Positions 7,736 to 16,966 are shown, counted from the stretch's first letter. The stretch is DNA of 18,154 bases from a bacterium (GCA_046485285.1 JAWOHE010000042.1:1-18154); one strand, 5' to 3'. The notes: generated from the sequence alone by a model not told the origin. Numbers and translations: made by a program.

Positions 7736-8701
7736 TCAGCGCGTCATCTTGGCCGGCTCGACGAACATCCTGTCGGTCTCGATGTCGCCGGCGAGGACGC
7801 CCGACACGGCAAGGCGGGACGCCAGCGTCCTGACCGCCGGCTTGTTGATCTCGACGAGCCGCTGGAATTCGGGCAGGCGGCACGTCAAGGCGGCCTCCTC
7901 AGCGACCGGCAGGTAGCGGCTGAGCAGGACGCGCGCCTTGTCGGCGCTGCCCTCGGCGTAGGCGGCCGCCGCGTCGGTGCTGATCTTGAGCCGGCTGAGC
8001 AGGACCTTGTCCGAGTTCATGAACTCGGTCGAGAACCCGACCGCCGCGCCCGGGAAGGGCGCCGAGACGTACTTCGGCAACGCGCCGGTCTGGAGCACGA
8101 GGAGCTGGGTGGTGTCGAGAGAGCAGAGGAACGGTTCGAGGAGCCAGGCCGCGTCAATCGTCCCTGCGGCCAGCCCGGGCAGAAGTTCCTGCAACGGAAG
8201 CTCGACCGTTGCCACGAGCTCGGGCGGCAGGGCGCTCTGGAGCAGGAACGGCTTGATGTAGCCGCGAAGCTGGGGCGGGTAACCCAGCTTGCGTTTCTGG
8301 AGGCCGGCGATGCTACTGATCCTGCTCTTGCGGGTCGTGACGATTGCGTCGACCGGCAGTGTGATGCGAAATTCCTCGGAGAGGAAGACGCGGAGCGTAT
8401 CGCCATCTTCAACGGCGCGCTTGAGGACCGAGGCCCACGGGTAGATGCCGACGTCGACCTTGCCGGCGAACAGGTCGGCCAGCGCCTCGTCCGGGTCCGA
8501 GTAGAACTGGAGCTCAGGGATGATCCGGTTGTTGACGAACAGCGACTCCTCGATGCCGATGATGAACGGCAGGCAGGCGACAGTGCTGTCACAGGCAAAT
8601 CGGATGACCTTGGGCCGGCTCGCTTGGACCTGCGGATAGAGGATTACCCCGACGAGGACAACAGCCAGCAGAACGATGACGATGTTGAGCAGCTTCGTCA
8701 T
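7736..8701 (-). CDS. ABC transporter substrate-binding protein, SsuA/TauA/NitT(THI5)-like
   Basis: N-terminal hydrophobic anchor; two ALxxGxVD-type motifs (LFAGKVDVG, LAAGTIDAAWLLEPF); ISSIAGLQKRKLG; GGAGG SD. Confidence 0.7.
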   Translation of the reverse strand: MTKLLNIVIVLLAVVLVGVILYPQVQASRPKVIRFACDSTVACLPFIIGIEESLFVNNRIIPELQFYSDPDEALADLFAGKVDVGIYPWASVLKRAVEDGDTLRVFLSEEFRITLPVDAIVTTRKSRISSIAGLQKRKLGYPPQLRGYIKPFLLQSALPPELVATVELPLQELLPGLAAGTIDAAWLLEPFLCSLDTTQLLVLQTGALPKYVSAPFPGAAVGFSTEFMNSDKVLLSRLKISTDAAAAYAEGSADKARVLLSRYLPVAEEAALTCRLPEFQRLVEINKPAVRTLASRLAVSGVLAGDIETDRMFVEPAKMTR

Positions 8702-8715
8702 TGGTTATACCTCCG

Positions 8716-10347
8716 CTACTTGCCGCCGGACAGCTTCTGGTACTGCCGGGCGGCTTCGAGCGCCTTCTTCTCCTGCCCGGTCTCGCGGTAGCAGTGAACG
8801 AGATTCTGCCAGGCCTCGGCGTTGACCGGGTTCACGCCGAGCGCGGCGTTGAGGCTGACGATCGCGAGTTCGAGCTTCTCCCGGCCCGAGCCCTTGGCTG
8901 CCTTCTCGCGGGCCAGGCCGATGCTGGTCTGGGTCACCCCCATCAGCAGGTAGATGTTCTCGAGCGCTGGAGGCGACTCGAGGCTCAGGAACATCCCGGC
9001 GGCATCGTCGTCGGTCGGGATCGTGAAGCCGGCCCGGCCGCGCAGGGCCGGGAAGTAGAGCCAGGCGAAGCCGGCGGCCTGGTTGCCGAGTTCGTAGAGC
9101 ACGCTGTCGACCTCCGCCTGCATCGAGCCGTCGAGCTGGAGGTAGCCGTCCGCGAGCATCCCGGGCTGGACGAGCGCTGCGAGCCGCGACCGCAACCCGG
9201 CCGGCAGGCCGGTCAGCGGGACGATGGTGCCGGCGATGACCCGCTGGAAGGTCTGCTCGGCGAGCGAGTCGTTCTGGGACTGGTACTGCGCAATGCCGAG
9301 GTTGAACATCGCTGCGAAGTCGAACGGGTCGTAGGCCAGCGCCCGGACGAACAGGCTTTCGGCGCGGGCCCGGAAGCCGTCACCGCGCGGGCCGGACGTC
9401 TCGGACGATGCGCGGAGCATCGCCGAACCGGCGCGCGAACAGGCGACGTTGAGGTTGTTGGCAGCGTAGAACAGCGTCGATGCGTGCTGGGCGACTTCGG
9501 CGAGTACCTTGCCCGCCTTCAGGTCCTTCTCGATGTAGTCCTTGAGGACCTGCTGGTCGAGCGAGCGGCTTTTCTCAGTAAGGGTCGCGGCGATCTCGTC
9601 GAGCCGAGGTCCGGCCGGGATGCCGAGTTTCTCGCCGATAGCCTTCTTGGCGTCGGAATAGCGCTTCTCGTAGGCGTCGATCGCCAACTGGTAGTAGCGG
9701 TCGCAGGAATCCCAGCGTGCGGTCTTCATTTCGCCGGTCCAGAGGCTGTCCGGCCGCTGGAGGTAGTAGAGCCCGATCAGGCCATAGGCCTCCGGGCTGC
9801 CGGCGTTGACAGAGAGCATCTCGCGGGCAGTCGCCAGCATCTCGTCGTGCCGGCCGAGCGCGCTGTAGCTGTTGGCGACGAGCGAATACGCCCCGGGCCG
9901 GGTCGGGTCGACCTTGACCGCGGCGAGCGCGAGGGTGAGACTCGAATCGAACGCGTCCCGGTTGTAGAAGCCGCGGGCGGAGTTGACCAGCGAGGTCCAG
10001 GACCAGTGCGCCCAGCCCTCGTCCTTCCGGAGTCGCTCGGCCGTCCCCGCGTCCAAGTCGAGGGCGAGGGCAAAGTCCCGCGCGGCGTCGTCGAACTGGC
10101 GCAGCTGGGCCCGGCTGAGCCCGAGCCAGATGTGGATTTCGGCGAGCGTCGCCGGGTCGGCGGTAGTCCCGTACTCGTCGTATGCCTGCCGGAATGTCTC
10201 GAGCGCTCGCTCGAAACGGCCCTGGGAGTAGTGAATCCGGGCACCCCGGAGCAGCGCGTCGAGTGGGATCGTCTGGGCGACAAGCAGACGCGGGATGCTG
10301 AGAGCGAACAGGGTCAGGAGCAAGAACACTTGACGGATACTGCGCAC
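8716..10347 (-). CDS. Secreted tetratricopeptide-repeat protein
   Basis: GTG 10347 after AAGGAGG; signal-peptide-like MRSIRQVFLLLTLFALSIPRLLVAQ; TPR-like helices (AAMFNLGIAQY, AEAWQNLVHCY, IHIWLGLSRAQL); 543 aa. Confidence 0.8.
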   Translation of the reverse strand: MRSIRQVFLLLTLFALSIPRLLVAQTIPLDALLRGARIHYSQGRFERALETFRQAYDEYGTTADPATLAEIHIWLGLSRAQLRQFDDAARDFALALDLDAGTAERLRKDEGWAHWSWTSLVNSARGFYNRDAFDSSLTLALAAVKVDPTRPGAYSLVANSYSALGRHDEMLATAREMLSVNAGSPEAYGLIGLYYLQRPDSLWTGEMKTARWDSCDRYYQLAIDAYEKRYSDAKKAIGEKLGIPAGPRLDEIAATLTEKSRSLDQQVLKDYIEKDLKAGKVLAEVAQHASTLFYAANNLNVACSRAGSAMLRASSETSGPRGDGFRARAESLFVRALAYDPFDFAAMFNLGIAQYQSQNDSLAEQTFQRVIAGTIVPLTGLPAGLRSRLAALVQPGMLADGYLQLDGSMQAEVDSVLYELGNQAAGFAWLYFPALRGRAGFTIPTDDDAAGMFLSLESPPALENIYLLMGVTQTSIGLAREKAAKGSGREKLELAIVSLNAALGVNPVNAEAWQNLVHCYRETGQEKKALEAARQYQKLSGGK

Positions 10348-10387
10348 GAATCCTCCTTGGAGATTGTCGTCAGAATCTACTCCTGCT

Positions 10388-10415
10388 ATGCTACCAAGAC
10401 TCGCGGCACTGTCAA
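10388..10415 (-). promoter_or_regulatory. sigma70-like promoter of the TPR gene (divergent from gyrA)
   Basis: On - strand TTGACA-N16-TAGCAT. Confidence 0.65.
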
Positions 10416-10442
10416 ACGTCGGGGTGAGCGTCCCGTTACGCG

Positions 10443-10470
10443 TTGACTTCCTGCCGGCCAAAGCTATAGT
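10443..10470 (+). promoter_or_regulatory. sigma70-like promoter of gyrA (leaderless or very short leader)
   Basis: TTGACT(10443-10448)-N16-TATAGT(10465-10470)-N9-ATG(10480); no SD. Confidence 0.65.
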
Positions 10471-10479
10471 TTGCGGCCG

Positions 10480-12900
10480 ATGAGCGAGCGCAAAGACGTC
10501 GTCACCGTCTATCTTGAAGACGAGATGCGCAGGTCCTTCCTGGACTATGCGATGTCGGTCATCGTCGCCCGCGCCCTGCCTGATGTTCGTGATGGCTTGA
10601 AGCCGGTCCAGCGCCGGATCCTCTACACGATGCACGAGATGGGGCTCGTGCCGAATCGACCGTTCCGGAAGTCGGCGGCGGTCGTCGGCGACGTGCTCGG
10701 GAAGTACCACCCGCACGGCGACTCGGCGGTGTACGACGCGATGGTCCGGATGGCCCAGGATTTCTCACTGCGCTACCCGCTGGTCTCGGGCCAGGGTAAC
10801 TTCGGGTCGGTCGACGGCGACGCGGCGGCGGCCTACCGCTACACCGAGGCGCGGCTCGGCCGGCTGGCCGTCGAGCTCCTGAATGATCTCGAGAAGGACA
10901 CGGTGGACTTCAAGCCCAACTTCGACGAGCGACTGAAGGAGCCCGAGGTCCTGCCCGCCGCCTTCCCCAACCTGCTCGCCAACGGCGCTGCCGGCATCGC
11001 GGTCGGAATGGCCACCAACATCCCGCCCCACAACCTCGGCGAACTGGTCGACGGACTAGTCCTGCTGATCGACAATCCCGAGGTCGCCATCCGCCAGCTA
11101 ATGAAGAAAGTCAAGGGTCCCGACTTCCCGACCGGCGCGAGCATCGTTGGGCTTGACGGTATCGTCCAGGCCTACGAGAGCGGCCGGGGCCGGATCGTGC
11201 TGCGGGGCCGCGTGCGGTTCGAGGAGGTCAAAGCCGGCCGCGACCGGCTTGTCATCACCGAGATCCCGTACCAGGTAAACAAGACCTCGCTCATCGAGAA
11301 GATCGCCCGGCTCGTACGCGAGAAGAAGATCAATGGGGTCGCGGACCTGCGCGACGAGTCCGACCGGGACGGGATGAGGATCGTACTTGAACTCCGCCGC
11401 GACACCAACAAGGAGTTAATCCTCAACCAACTCTACAAGTTCACCGAGATGCAGTCGACCTTCGGTGTGATCCTGCTCGTCCTGGTCAGCGGCCAGCCGA
11501 AGGTGTTGAACCTCAAGGAGCTCCTCCAGCAGTTCCTAGACTTCCGGTTCGAGACTGTCACCCGCCGGACCCGTTTCGAGCTGGCCCAGGCCGAGGCCCG
11601 GGCTCACATCCTCGAGGGGCTCAAGATCGCCCTCAAGAACATCGATGCAATCGTCGAGCTGATCAAGAAGGCCAAGGACACTGATGCCGCGCGCGAGCAG
11701 CTGATGAAGCGGTTCAAGCTCACCGAGCGCCAGTCCGACGCGATCCTAGAGATGAAACTCGCCAAGCTGACCGGGCTCGAGCGGCAGAAGATCGACGACG
11801 AGTACAAGGCTCTGATCCAGACCATCGCGCGGCTCAAGACCCTGCTCGAGTCGCGCAAGATGATGATGGGCGAGATCCGCGCCGAGCTGCTCGAGCTCAA
11901 GAAGAAGTTCGGGGATGACCGCCGGACGGAGATTGTCGCGGGCCAGATCGAGGACCTCTCAGTCGAGGATCTGATCGACGAAGAAGACATGGTCGTGACG
12001 ATAACCCACCGCGGCTACATCAAGCGAATGCCGGTGAGTGTCTACCGGCGGCAGGGTCGCGGCGGCACCGGCCGTTCGGGGATGGACGTCCGGGAGGAGG
12101 ATTTTGTCGAGTGCCTCTTCAGCGCCTCCACCCACGACTACATGATGTTCTTCACCGACCGCGGCCGGTGCTACTGGCAGAAGGTCTACGAGATACCCGA
12201 GGGCGGCCACTCGGCGCGCGGGCGCTCGATCGCCAACCTTGTCGAGATGGAACCCGGCGAGGTCGCCCGGGCTTACCTTGCGGTGCGGGAGTTTGACCCG
12301 AAGCGGTTCGTGTTCTTCGTGACCCGGAAGGGCCAGGTCAAGCGGACCAGGCTCGATGCCTTCGCCAACCCGAGGCGCAAGGGCATAGTCGCGATGGGCG
12401 TGAATGACGGTGACGAACTGGTTGCGACGGTGTTGACATCGGGCGCGGACGACATCCTGCTGGTGACCCGGCTCGGGCAGGCGATTCGCTTCGCCGAGAC
12501 CGACGCTCGGGATATGGGACGGACCGCGGCTGGCGTGCGCGGCATCACCCTCGGCAAGGGTGACACGGTGATTGACGGCGCCATCTGCCGGCCCGAGCAG
12601 TCTCTCCTCGTCGTCTGCGACCGAGGATTGGGGAAGCGCACCGACTTCGATGACTTCCCGCGTCGGCACCGCGGCGGCAAAGGCGTCATCGCCGCCAAAC
12701 TGGTGGACCGTTCCGGGCGACTCGCGGCGGCGATGGCAGTGGCCGACAACTCCGAAGTCATCCTGTCAACCAAGGGGGGCACCGTGATCCGCATCAAGGT
12801 TGCCGATGTCAGGAAGCAGGGGCGTGTAACGACCGGCGTGAAGCTGATGGACGTGCGCGGCGACGACGCGGTTGTCGACGTGGCCAGGGTCGAGGACTAG
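10480..12900 (+). CDS. gyrA: DNA gyrase subunit A
   Basis: [44 protein letters not shown], catalytic YRYTEARL, GyrA-box-like QGRGGTG, C-terminal pinwheel repeats ([16 protein letters not shown]); 806 aa. Confidence 0.96.
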   Translation: MSERKDVVTVYLEDEMRRSFLDYAMSVIVARALPDVRDGLKPVQRRILYTMHEMGLVPNRPFRKSAAVVGDVLGKYHPHGDSAVYDAMVRMAQDFSLRYPLVSGQGNFGSVDGDAAAAYRYTEARLGRLAVELLNDLEKDTVDFKPNFDERLKEPEVLPAAFPNLLANGAAGIAVGMATNIPPHNLGELVDGLVLLIDNPEVAIRQLMKKVKGPDFPTGASIVGLDGIVQAYESGRGRIVLRGRVRFEEVKAGRDRLVITEIPYQVNKTSLIEKIARLVREKKINGVADLRDESDRDGMRIVLELRRDTNKELILNQLYKFTEMQSTFGVILLVLVSGQPKVLNLKELLQQFLDFRFETVTRRTRFELAQAEARAHILEGLKIALKNIDAIVELIKKAKDTDAAREQLMKRFKLTERQSDAILEMKLAKLTGLERQKIDDEYKALIQTIARLKTLLESRKMMMGEIRAELLELKKKFGDDRRTEIVAGQIEDLSVEDLIDEEDMVVTITHRGYIKRMPVSVYRRQGRGGTGRSGMDVREEDFVECLFSASTHDYMMFFTDRGRCYWQKVYEIPEGGHSARGRSIANLVEMEPGEVARAYLAVREFDPKRFVFFVTRKGQVKRTRLDAFANPRRKGIVAMGVNDGDELVATVLTSGADDILLVTRLGQAIRFAETDARDMGRTAAGVRGITLGKGDTVIDGAICRPEQSLLVVCDRGLGKRTDFDDFPRRHRGGKGVIAAKLVDRSGRLAAAMAVADNSEVILSTKGGTVIRIKVADVRKQGRVTTGVKLMDVRGDDAVVDVARVED

Positions 12901-13257
12901 CTGCCCGCACGCGGCACCCGGGCGGACCCGGCTCCCCGGACGCCAACACCGATTCGAACTGCTCGAGCCACAGCCGCTCACTCTCAGACAAACCTGCCGA
13001 CGCCTCGGTCAGATGGCCGGAGTACTGACTCAAAGAGAGGAGCCCTCGAGCGGCGGTCCGTTCTCTGTTGCCGTTTCAGGCACGGTGTCTCGCGTTACCC
13101 GCTCACGGCGAGCGGATGTTCTCTAGGACGCGGAACAGATGGTACCGAGGACGGCGACTGACCGCGTCGACTGCCGACACGGCGCGAGCCAGGCCTCGCC
13201 GGGCTTGGCTTCGCCGGGCGCTGGGCCGGCGAACCCGCGCCGTCATTGATTATCCGC

Positions 13258-13285
13258 TTGACACCACCTTCAATAGCCCTATATT
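13258..13285 (+). promoter_or_regulatory. sigma70-like promoter upstream of hup
   Basis: TTGACA(13258-13263)-N16-TATATT(13280-13285). Confidence 0.65.
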
Positions 13286-13416
13286 GCTGGCGTAATGCTA
13301 TCACGGAGCCAGTTGTCTGTGCGCCGTGCCGGCGGTTTGCCCGTTTCCCTCCCTCGCCGCTCGGTCGCTTCGGTACCGTTGATGGCAAATCAGATACGGA
13401 GAGGAGGTGATTGCAG

Positions 13417-13698
13417 GTGACCAAGGAGCAGATCGTCGCCAAGATCGCGAAGGAAGCCGGGATCTCGAAGAAGGCCGCCACCGTGTCGCTGAACACTTTT
13501 GTCGATTCGGTGACCGGTGAGCTCAAGAAGGGTGGTCGGGTCCCGTTGGTCGGCTTCGGGACGTTCGAGGTACGCAAAACCAAGGCGCGCGCCGGTCGGA
13601 ACCCCCAGACCGGTGAAGCACTCAAGATCGCGGCCGGGAAGCGGCCGGTGTTCAAGGCCGGCAAGGCGCTCAAGGATGCGGTCAATCGCAGGAAGTAG
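13417..13698 (+). CDS. hup: Histone-like DNA-binding protein HU
   Basis: MTKEQIVAKIAKEAGISKKAA...LVGFGTFEV...GRNPQTGE...PVFKAGKALKDAV; GTG 13417 after AGGAGGTG; 93 aa. Confidence 0.96.
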   Translation: MTKEQIVAKIAKEAGISKKAATVSLNTFVDSVTGELKKGGRVPLVGFGTFEVRKTKARAGRNPQTGEALKIAAGKRPVFKAGKALKDAVNRRK

Positions 13699-13702
13699 TC
13701 CG

Positions 13703-14761
13703 GTGCGGAACCAGGGGGGGAGCGCGCTCCCCTCCTTTGTTTTCCGTGCGATACGCTACCGCCAGGGTCGGCTCGAGATCATTGACCAGCGTGTCCTGCC
13801 TGGTCGCGTGCGTTGGATCGAACTCACCAGCGCCCGCACGGCGGCTGCCGCGATCCGCACCTTGGCTGTACGGGGCGCCCCGGCCATCGGCGTGGCGGCC
13901 GCTTACGCGCTGGCAGTCGAAGCACGGAGGCTCAGAGACCGGCAGTTGCGTTCGAGCCTGAGACGGGCCGGACGACTGCTGGTTCAGACACGGCCGACCG
14001 CGGTCAACCTGCCGCAGGCTGTCGACAGAGTACTCGGCGTTCTGGGCGACTCCAGCCTTCACGGCGACAGGCTGCGGGATGCGGTCGAGCGACGTGCACG
14101 GGAGCTCGAGTTGGCCGAGGTCGAGCGGTCGCTGCGCATCGCCGATGCGGGAGCGGGGCTGGTCCCTGAGGCCGGCGAGATCCTCACCATCTGCAACACC
14201 GGCGCGCTTGCCGCGCCGGGGATTGGCACAGCGCTGGGTATCATCATCGAGGCGCACCGGCGCGGGCGGCATCCCCGGGTGCTGGCGTGCGAAACCCGCC
14301 CGCTGTTGCAGGGAGCGCGGTTGACGATGCTTGAGTTGAAGCGGGCGGGCATACCAGCCACGCTGATTGTCGACAGCGCGGCGGCGAGCGTCATCGGGGG
14401 CTGCGCGCTGGTGGTGGTCGGTGCTGACCGCATTGCGCGGAACGGCGACACGGCGAACAAGGTGGGCACCCGGATGCTTGCCGTCCTGGCCGCCGATGCC
14501 GGTGTGCCATTCTACGTTGCCGCGCCGAGTTCGACGTTCGATCCTGACTGCGCGCGCGGTGTCGACATTAGCGTCGAGGAACGCCCGGCTGACGAGATCA
14601 CCAGTTGCGCGAACCGCCGCATTGCCCCGCAAGGCACGCGGGCGTTCAACCCCGCCTTCGATATCACCCCGGCGCGGTTCATCGCCGCGTTCGTCACTGA
14701 CCGGGGGATAATTCGCCGGCCCTTCGGCCACGGTATTGCGCGACTATTGAGGGGTGACTGA
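13703..14761 (+). CDS. mtnA: S-methyl-5-thioribose-1-phosphate isomerase
   Basis: VRGAPAIG, TRPTAVNL, TICNTGALA, ETRPLLQGARLT, VGADRIARNGDTANKVGT, NPAFDITP. Start uncertain: GTG 13703 is the only canonical in-frame start between the hup stop and the conserved IDQR motif. Confidence 0.93.
   Translation: MRNQGGSALPSFVFRAIRYRQGRLEIIDQRVLPGRVRWIELTSARTAAAAIRTLAVRGAPAIGVAAAYALAVEARRLRDRQLRSSLRRAGRLLVQTRPTAVNLPQAVDRVLGVLGDSSLHGDRLRDAVERRARELELAEVERSLRIADAGAGLVPEAGEILTICNTGALAAPGIGTALGIIIEAHRRGRHPRVLACETRPLLQGARLTMLELKRAGIPATLIVDSAAASVIGGCALVVVGADRIARNGDTANKVGTRMLAVLAADAGVPFYVAAPSSTFDPDCARGVDISVEERPADEITSCANRRIAPQGTRAFNPAFDITPARFIAAFVTDRGIIRRPFGHGIARLLRGD
13713..13743 (+). terminator. Intrinsic terminator-like hairpin after hup
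   Basis: AGGGGGGGAG-CGCG-CTCCCCTCCT stem (one G-T pair) followed by TTGTTTT. Confidence 0.6.
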
Positions 14762-14769
14762 GGTGGCAG

Positions 14770-14800
14770 GGCGGCGGCCCGGCGGGGCCGGGCCGCCGCC
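14770..14800. terminator. Perfect GC hairpin between convergent mtnA and cyclophilin genes
   Basis: GGCGGCGGCCCGGC-GGG-GCCGGGCCGCCGCC, 14-bp stem, no U-tract on either side. Confidence 0.55.
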
Positions 14801-14813
14801 TCGCAATCGGGTG

Positions 14814-15425
14814 CTACTCGGTAGTCACGGTCACACTCTTCATCACCACCGGCTTGACCGGCCGGTCAGCGGCGTCGGTCTCGACTTGGCCAATTCGCTG
14901 TAAGACGTCCAGTCCCTCGACGAGGTCGCCGATGACGGTGTAGGCGCCGTCGAGTTGCGTGAGCGGTTCCAGGCAGAGATAGAACTGGCTGCCCGAGCTT
15001 CGACGCTGAGGATTGACCTGGTCACCGGTGCGGGCCATTGCCAGCGAGCCCTTGAGATGCTTGTGCTTGATCTCCGCCGGGACGTCGTAGCCCGGTCCGC
15101 CGGTGCCGTCGCCCGACGGGTCGCCGCCCTGCACGACGAATCCCGGGATAATGCGATGAAACGTCAGACCATCGTAGAACCCCTTGATGGCAAGGTTGGC
15201 GACGTTGGCGGAGTTGACTGGCGCGTCGTCGGTGTGGAACTTGACCTTCATCCGGCCAAAGTCCTGAACGTCCAGGTTGAGATAGAGGTCTCGAGGTAGC
15301 CTGGCGGCGTCAAGTGGTGCCTTCAAGGCGACTCCTTTCGGTGTGCCGCATGATGTCACGAGGGCGTAGAGCGCGGCGAGGCAGAGCGCACTCCGCGCTG
15401 CGGCTCCGCTACTCGGCCGTGACAT
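14814..15425 (-). CDS. Cyclophilin-type peptidyl-prolyl isomerase, predicted lipoprotein (copy 2)
   Basis: FYDGLTFHRIIPGFVVQGGDP, GSLAMAR, SSGSQFY, LDGAYTVIG; lipobox-like LVTSC. ATG 15425 overlaps the end of the upstream paralog. Confidence 0.92.
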   Translation of the reverse strand: MSRPSSGAAARSALCLAALYALVTSCGTPKGVALKAPLDAARLPRDLYLNLDVQDFGRMKVKFHTDDAPVNSANVANLAIKGFYDGLTFHRIIPGFVVQGGDPSGDGTGGPGYDVPAEIKHKHLKGSLAMARTGDQVNPQRRSSGSQFYLCLEPLTQLDGAYTVIGDLVEGLDVLQRIGQVETDAADRPVKPVVMKSVTVTTE

Positions 15426-16065
15426 AGACAGATTCCATGACCAGCGGTTCAACCGGGCGATCCATCAAGCCGGTCGCGACCTGTCCGAGCATTGCCAACA
15501 CCTCCTGTCCCTCGACCATGTCGCCGATGACGGTGTAGGCGCCGTCGAGTTGCGCGAGCGGCTCCAGACAGAGGTAGAACTGGCTGCCCGAGGAGCGCCG
15601 GTCGGGATTCACCTGGTCGCCGGTCCGCGCCATCGCCATAGAGCCCTTGAGGTGCTTGCGCTTGACTTCGGCTTCGACAGTGTAGCCCGGTCCGCCGGTG
15701 CCGTCGCCCGACGGGTCGCCGCCCTGGACCACGAAGCCCGGAACGACACGGTGGAATGTCAGCCCGTTGTAGAAGCCCCTGATCGCGAGGTTGGCGACAT
15801 TGGAGACGTTCTTCGGAGCGTCTTCGGTGTGGAACCTCACCTTCATTGTGCCGAAGCCCTTTGCGACGATGGTGATGAACAGGTTTTCGGGTAGCCTGTC
15901 AGCGCTCAGTGTGTCGGTGAGCGCTCCTGATGGCAAGGCTGGAGCAGCCTGCTCGACGGCCTTGGTTTCGGGCGCCACTCCAAGTTCAGCCGAGTCGGCT
16001 TCGGGCTTGCCGCCGCAGCCGGCCAGCAGCGTGAGCAGAGATATGACGGCCAGTAGACGGTTCAT
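15409..16065 (-). CDS. Cyclophilin-type peptidyl-prolyl isomerase, predicted lipoprotein (copy 1)
   Basis: MNRLLAVISLLTLLAGC lipobox; FYNGLTFHRVVPGFVVQGGDP, SSGSQFY; GGAGGT SD. Confidence 0.94.
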   Translation of the reverse strand: MNRLLAVISLLTLLAGCGGKPEADSAELGVAPETKAVEQAAPALPSGALTDTLSADRLPENLFITIVAKGFGTMKVRFHTEDAPKNVSNVANLAIRGFYNGLTFHRVVPGFVVQGGDPSGDGTGGPGYTVEAEVKRKHLKGSMAMARTGDQVNPDRRSSGSQFYLCLEPLAQLDGAYTVIGDMVEGQEVLAMLGQVATGLMDRPVEPLVMESVYVTAE

Positions 16066-16149
16066 CTTCTACCTCCAGGGTTTACGCGGTCACTGGGTGA
16101 TCCGGCAGATGCCTGCGCCGGTGTCACCCATTGTCGGGTACAGGCTTCT

Positions 16150-16176
16150 ATTCTAGCGTTCAGCGGCGGCTGTCAA
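16150..16176 (-). promoter_or_regulatory. Possible promoter of the cyclophilin pair
   Basis: On - strand TTGACA-N15-TAGAAT (near-consensus boxes, short spacer). Confidence 0.45.
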
Positions 16177-16261
16177 GCCAGGGCGGGGAGAGCCGTATGG
16201 AATCGAGACAGGGACATTGCTCCCACCACCGGAGTTTGGAGCCTTGCATCCGGCGAGTTGA

Positions 16262-16933
16262 CTAGTCCCAGTAGACATTCTCTGCGACGACGGCGGTCAG
16301 GTCGGCGATGGTCCAGCCCCGGCCTACGTGTCGGACGAGGTCGAGTTCGAGCGTCGCTGTTCGGACTGCGTCCGAATGAAGCCGAAGCTCGTAGCCCAGG
16401 TAGCCGGGATTGGCCAGGAAGGGGTGACCGGCCTCGAAGTACCCGGAGCTGAAGGCCGGGGCAGGCCGCGCCGGCGGGTCGGCGCTGGCCGGGGTCGCGT
16501 CCGTTGGCCCGTGCCAGACCACCTGGACGTCGATCACGTAGACCGGAGCCACGTTGCGGGGGTAGCTGACTTCGACGCGCACACGGGCATTGTCAGGCCC
16601 GAAGACCTCTTCGGATTTCACGCTGACCCGCGCGCCCTTCGGAAAGAAGATCTTGCGAGGATACGGAGATGGCTCAACACCGAAGCCGGTCTCGATGGAC
16701 GCGGTTGTTGCCGGGCGGTCGAGCCGGGCGGCAAGATCAGCCACGTAGCTCTGCAGTTCTGGCTTCGTGAGACCGATGGTGCGGTCGGCGAGGTCACGGT
16801 CGAGGCGGGCGAGGGTAGCCGCATCGTCGCTCTGGATCGCACGGCTCCAGCTGATGGCTGCAGCTGTCGGTCCCCGGCTGCAGGCGGCGGACAGCAGCAC
16901 CGCGCCCGCGACGGCAATGGCAGCGTACTTCAT
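16262..16933 (-). CDS. Hypothetical lipoprotein
   Basis: ATG 16933 after AAAGGAG; MKYAAIAVAGAVLLSAAC lipobox; 223 aa; no family recognised. Confidence 0.75.
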   Translation of the reverse strand: MKYAAIAVAGAVLLSAACSRGPTAAAISWSRAIQSDDAATLARLDRDLADRTIGLTKPELQSYVADLAARLDRPATTASIETGFGVEPSPYPRKIFFPKGARVSVKSEEVFGPDNARVRVEVSYPRNVAPVYVIDVQVVWHGPTDATPASADPPARPAPAFSSGYFEAGHPFLANPGYLGYELRLHSDAVRTATLELDLVRHVGRGWTIADLTAVVAENVYWD

Positions 16934-16966
16934 TGGCTGTCTCCTTTCGTTCTGTGACAACAGCAT

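Noticed and set aside
10690..10745. Quinolone-resistance substitution in the GyrA QRDR
   Set aside because: HGDSAVYD retains the Ser83/Asp87-equivalent residues.
10480..12900. parC instead of gyrA (no adjacent gyrB)
   Set aside because: The GyrA-box-like QGRGGTG and a full C-terminal pinwheel support gyrA; separation from gyrB is common.
12975..13045. Glycine or c-di-GMP-I riboswitch (CTCTCAGACAAAC...GACTCAAAG)
   Set aside because: Only short word similarity. The other conserved elements are missing, and it lies upstream of the hup promoter, so it is not in a leader.
13030..13050. prfB-like CTT-TGA +1 frameshift site on the - strand
   Set aside because: The +1 frame closes after ~15 codons, is not the protein-like frame, and lacks a correctly spaced internal SD.
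13076..13105. Selenocysteine or TGA recoding of the two in-frame TGA codons
   Set aside because: TGA is a normal stop in several genes here (hprK, recR, dnaX, mtnA); no SECIS-like or redox motif context seen.
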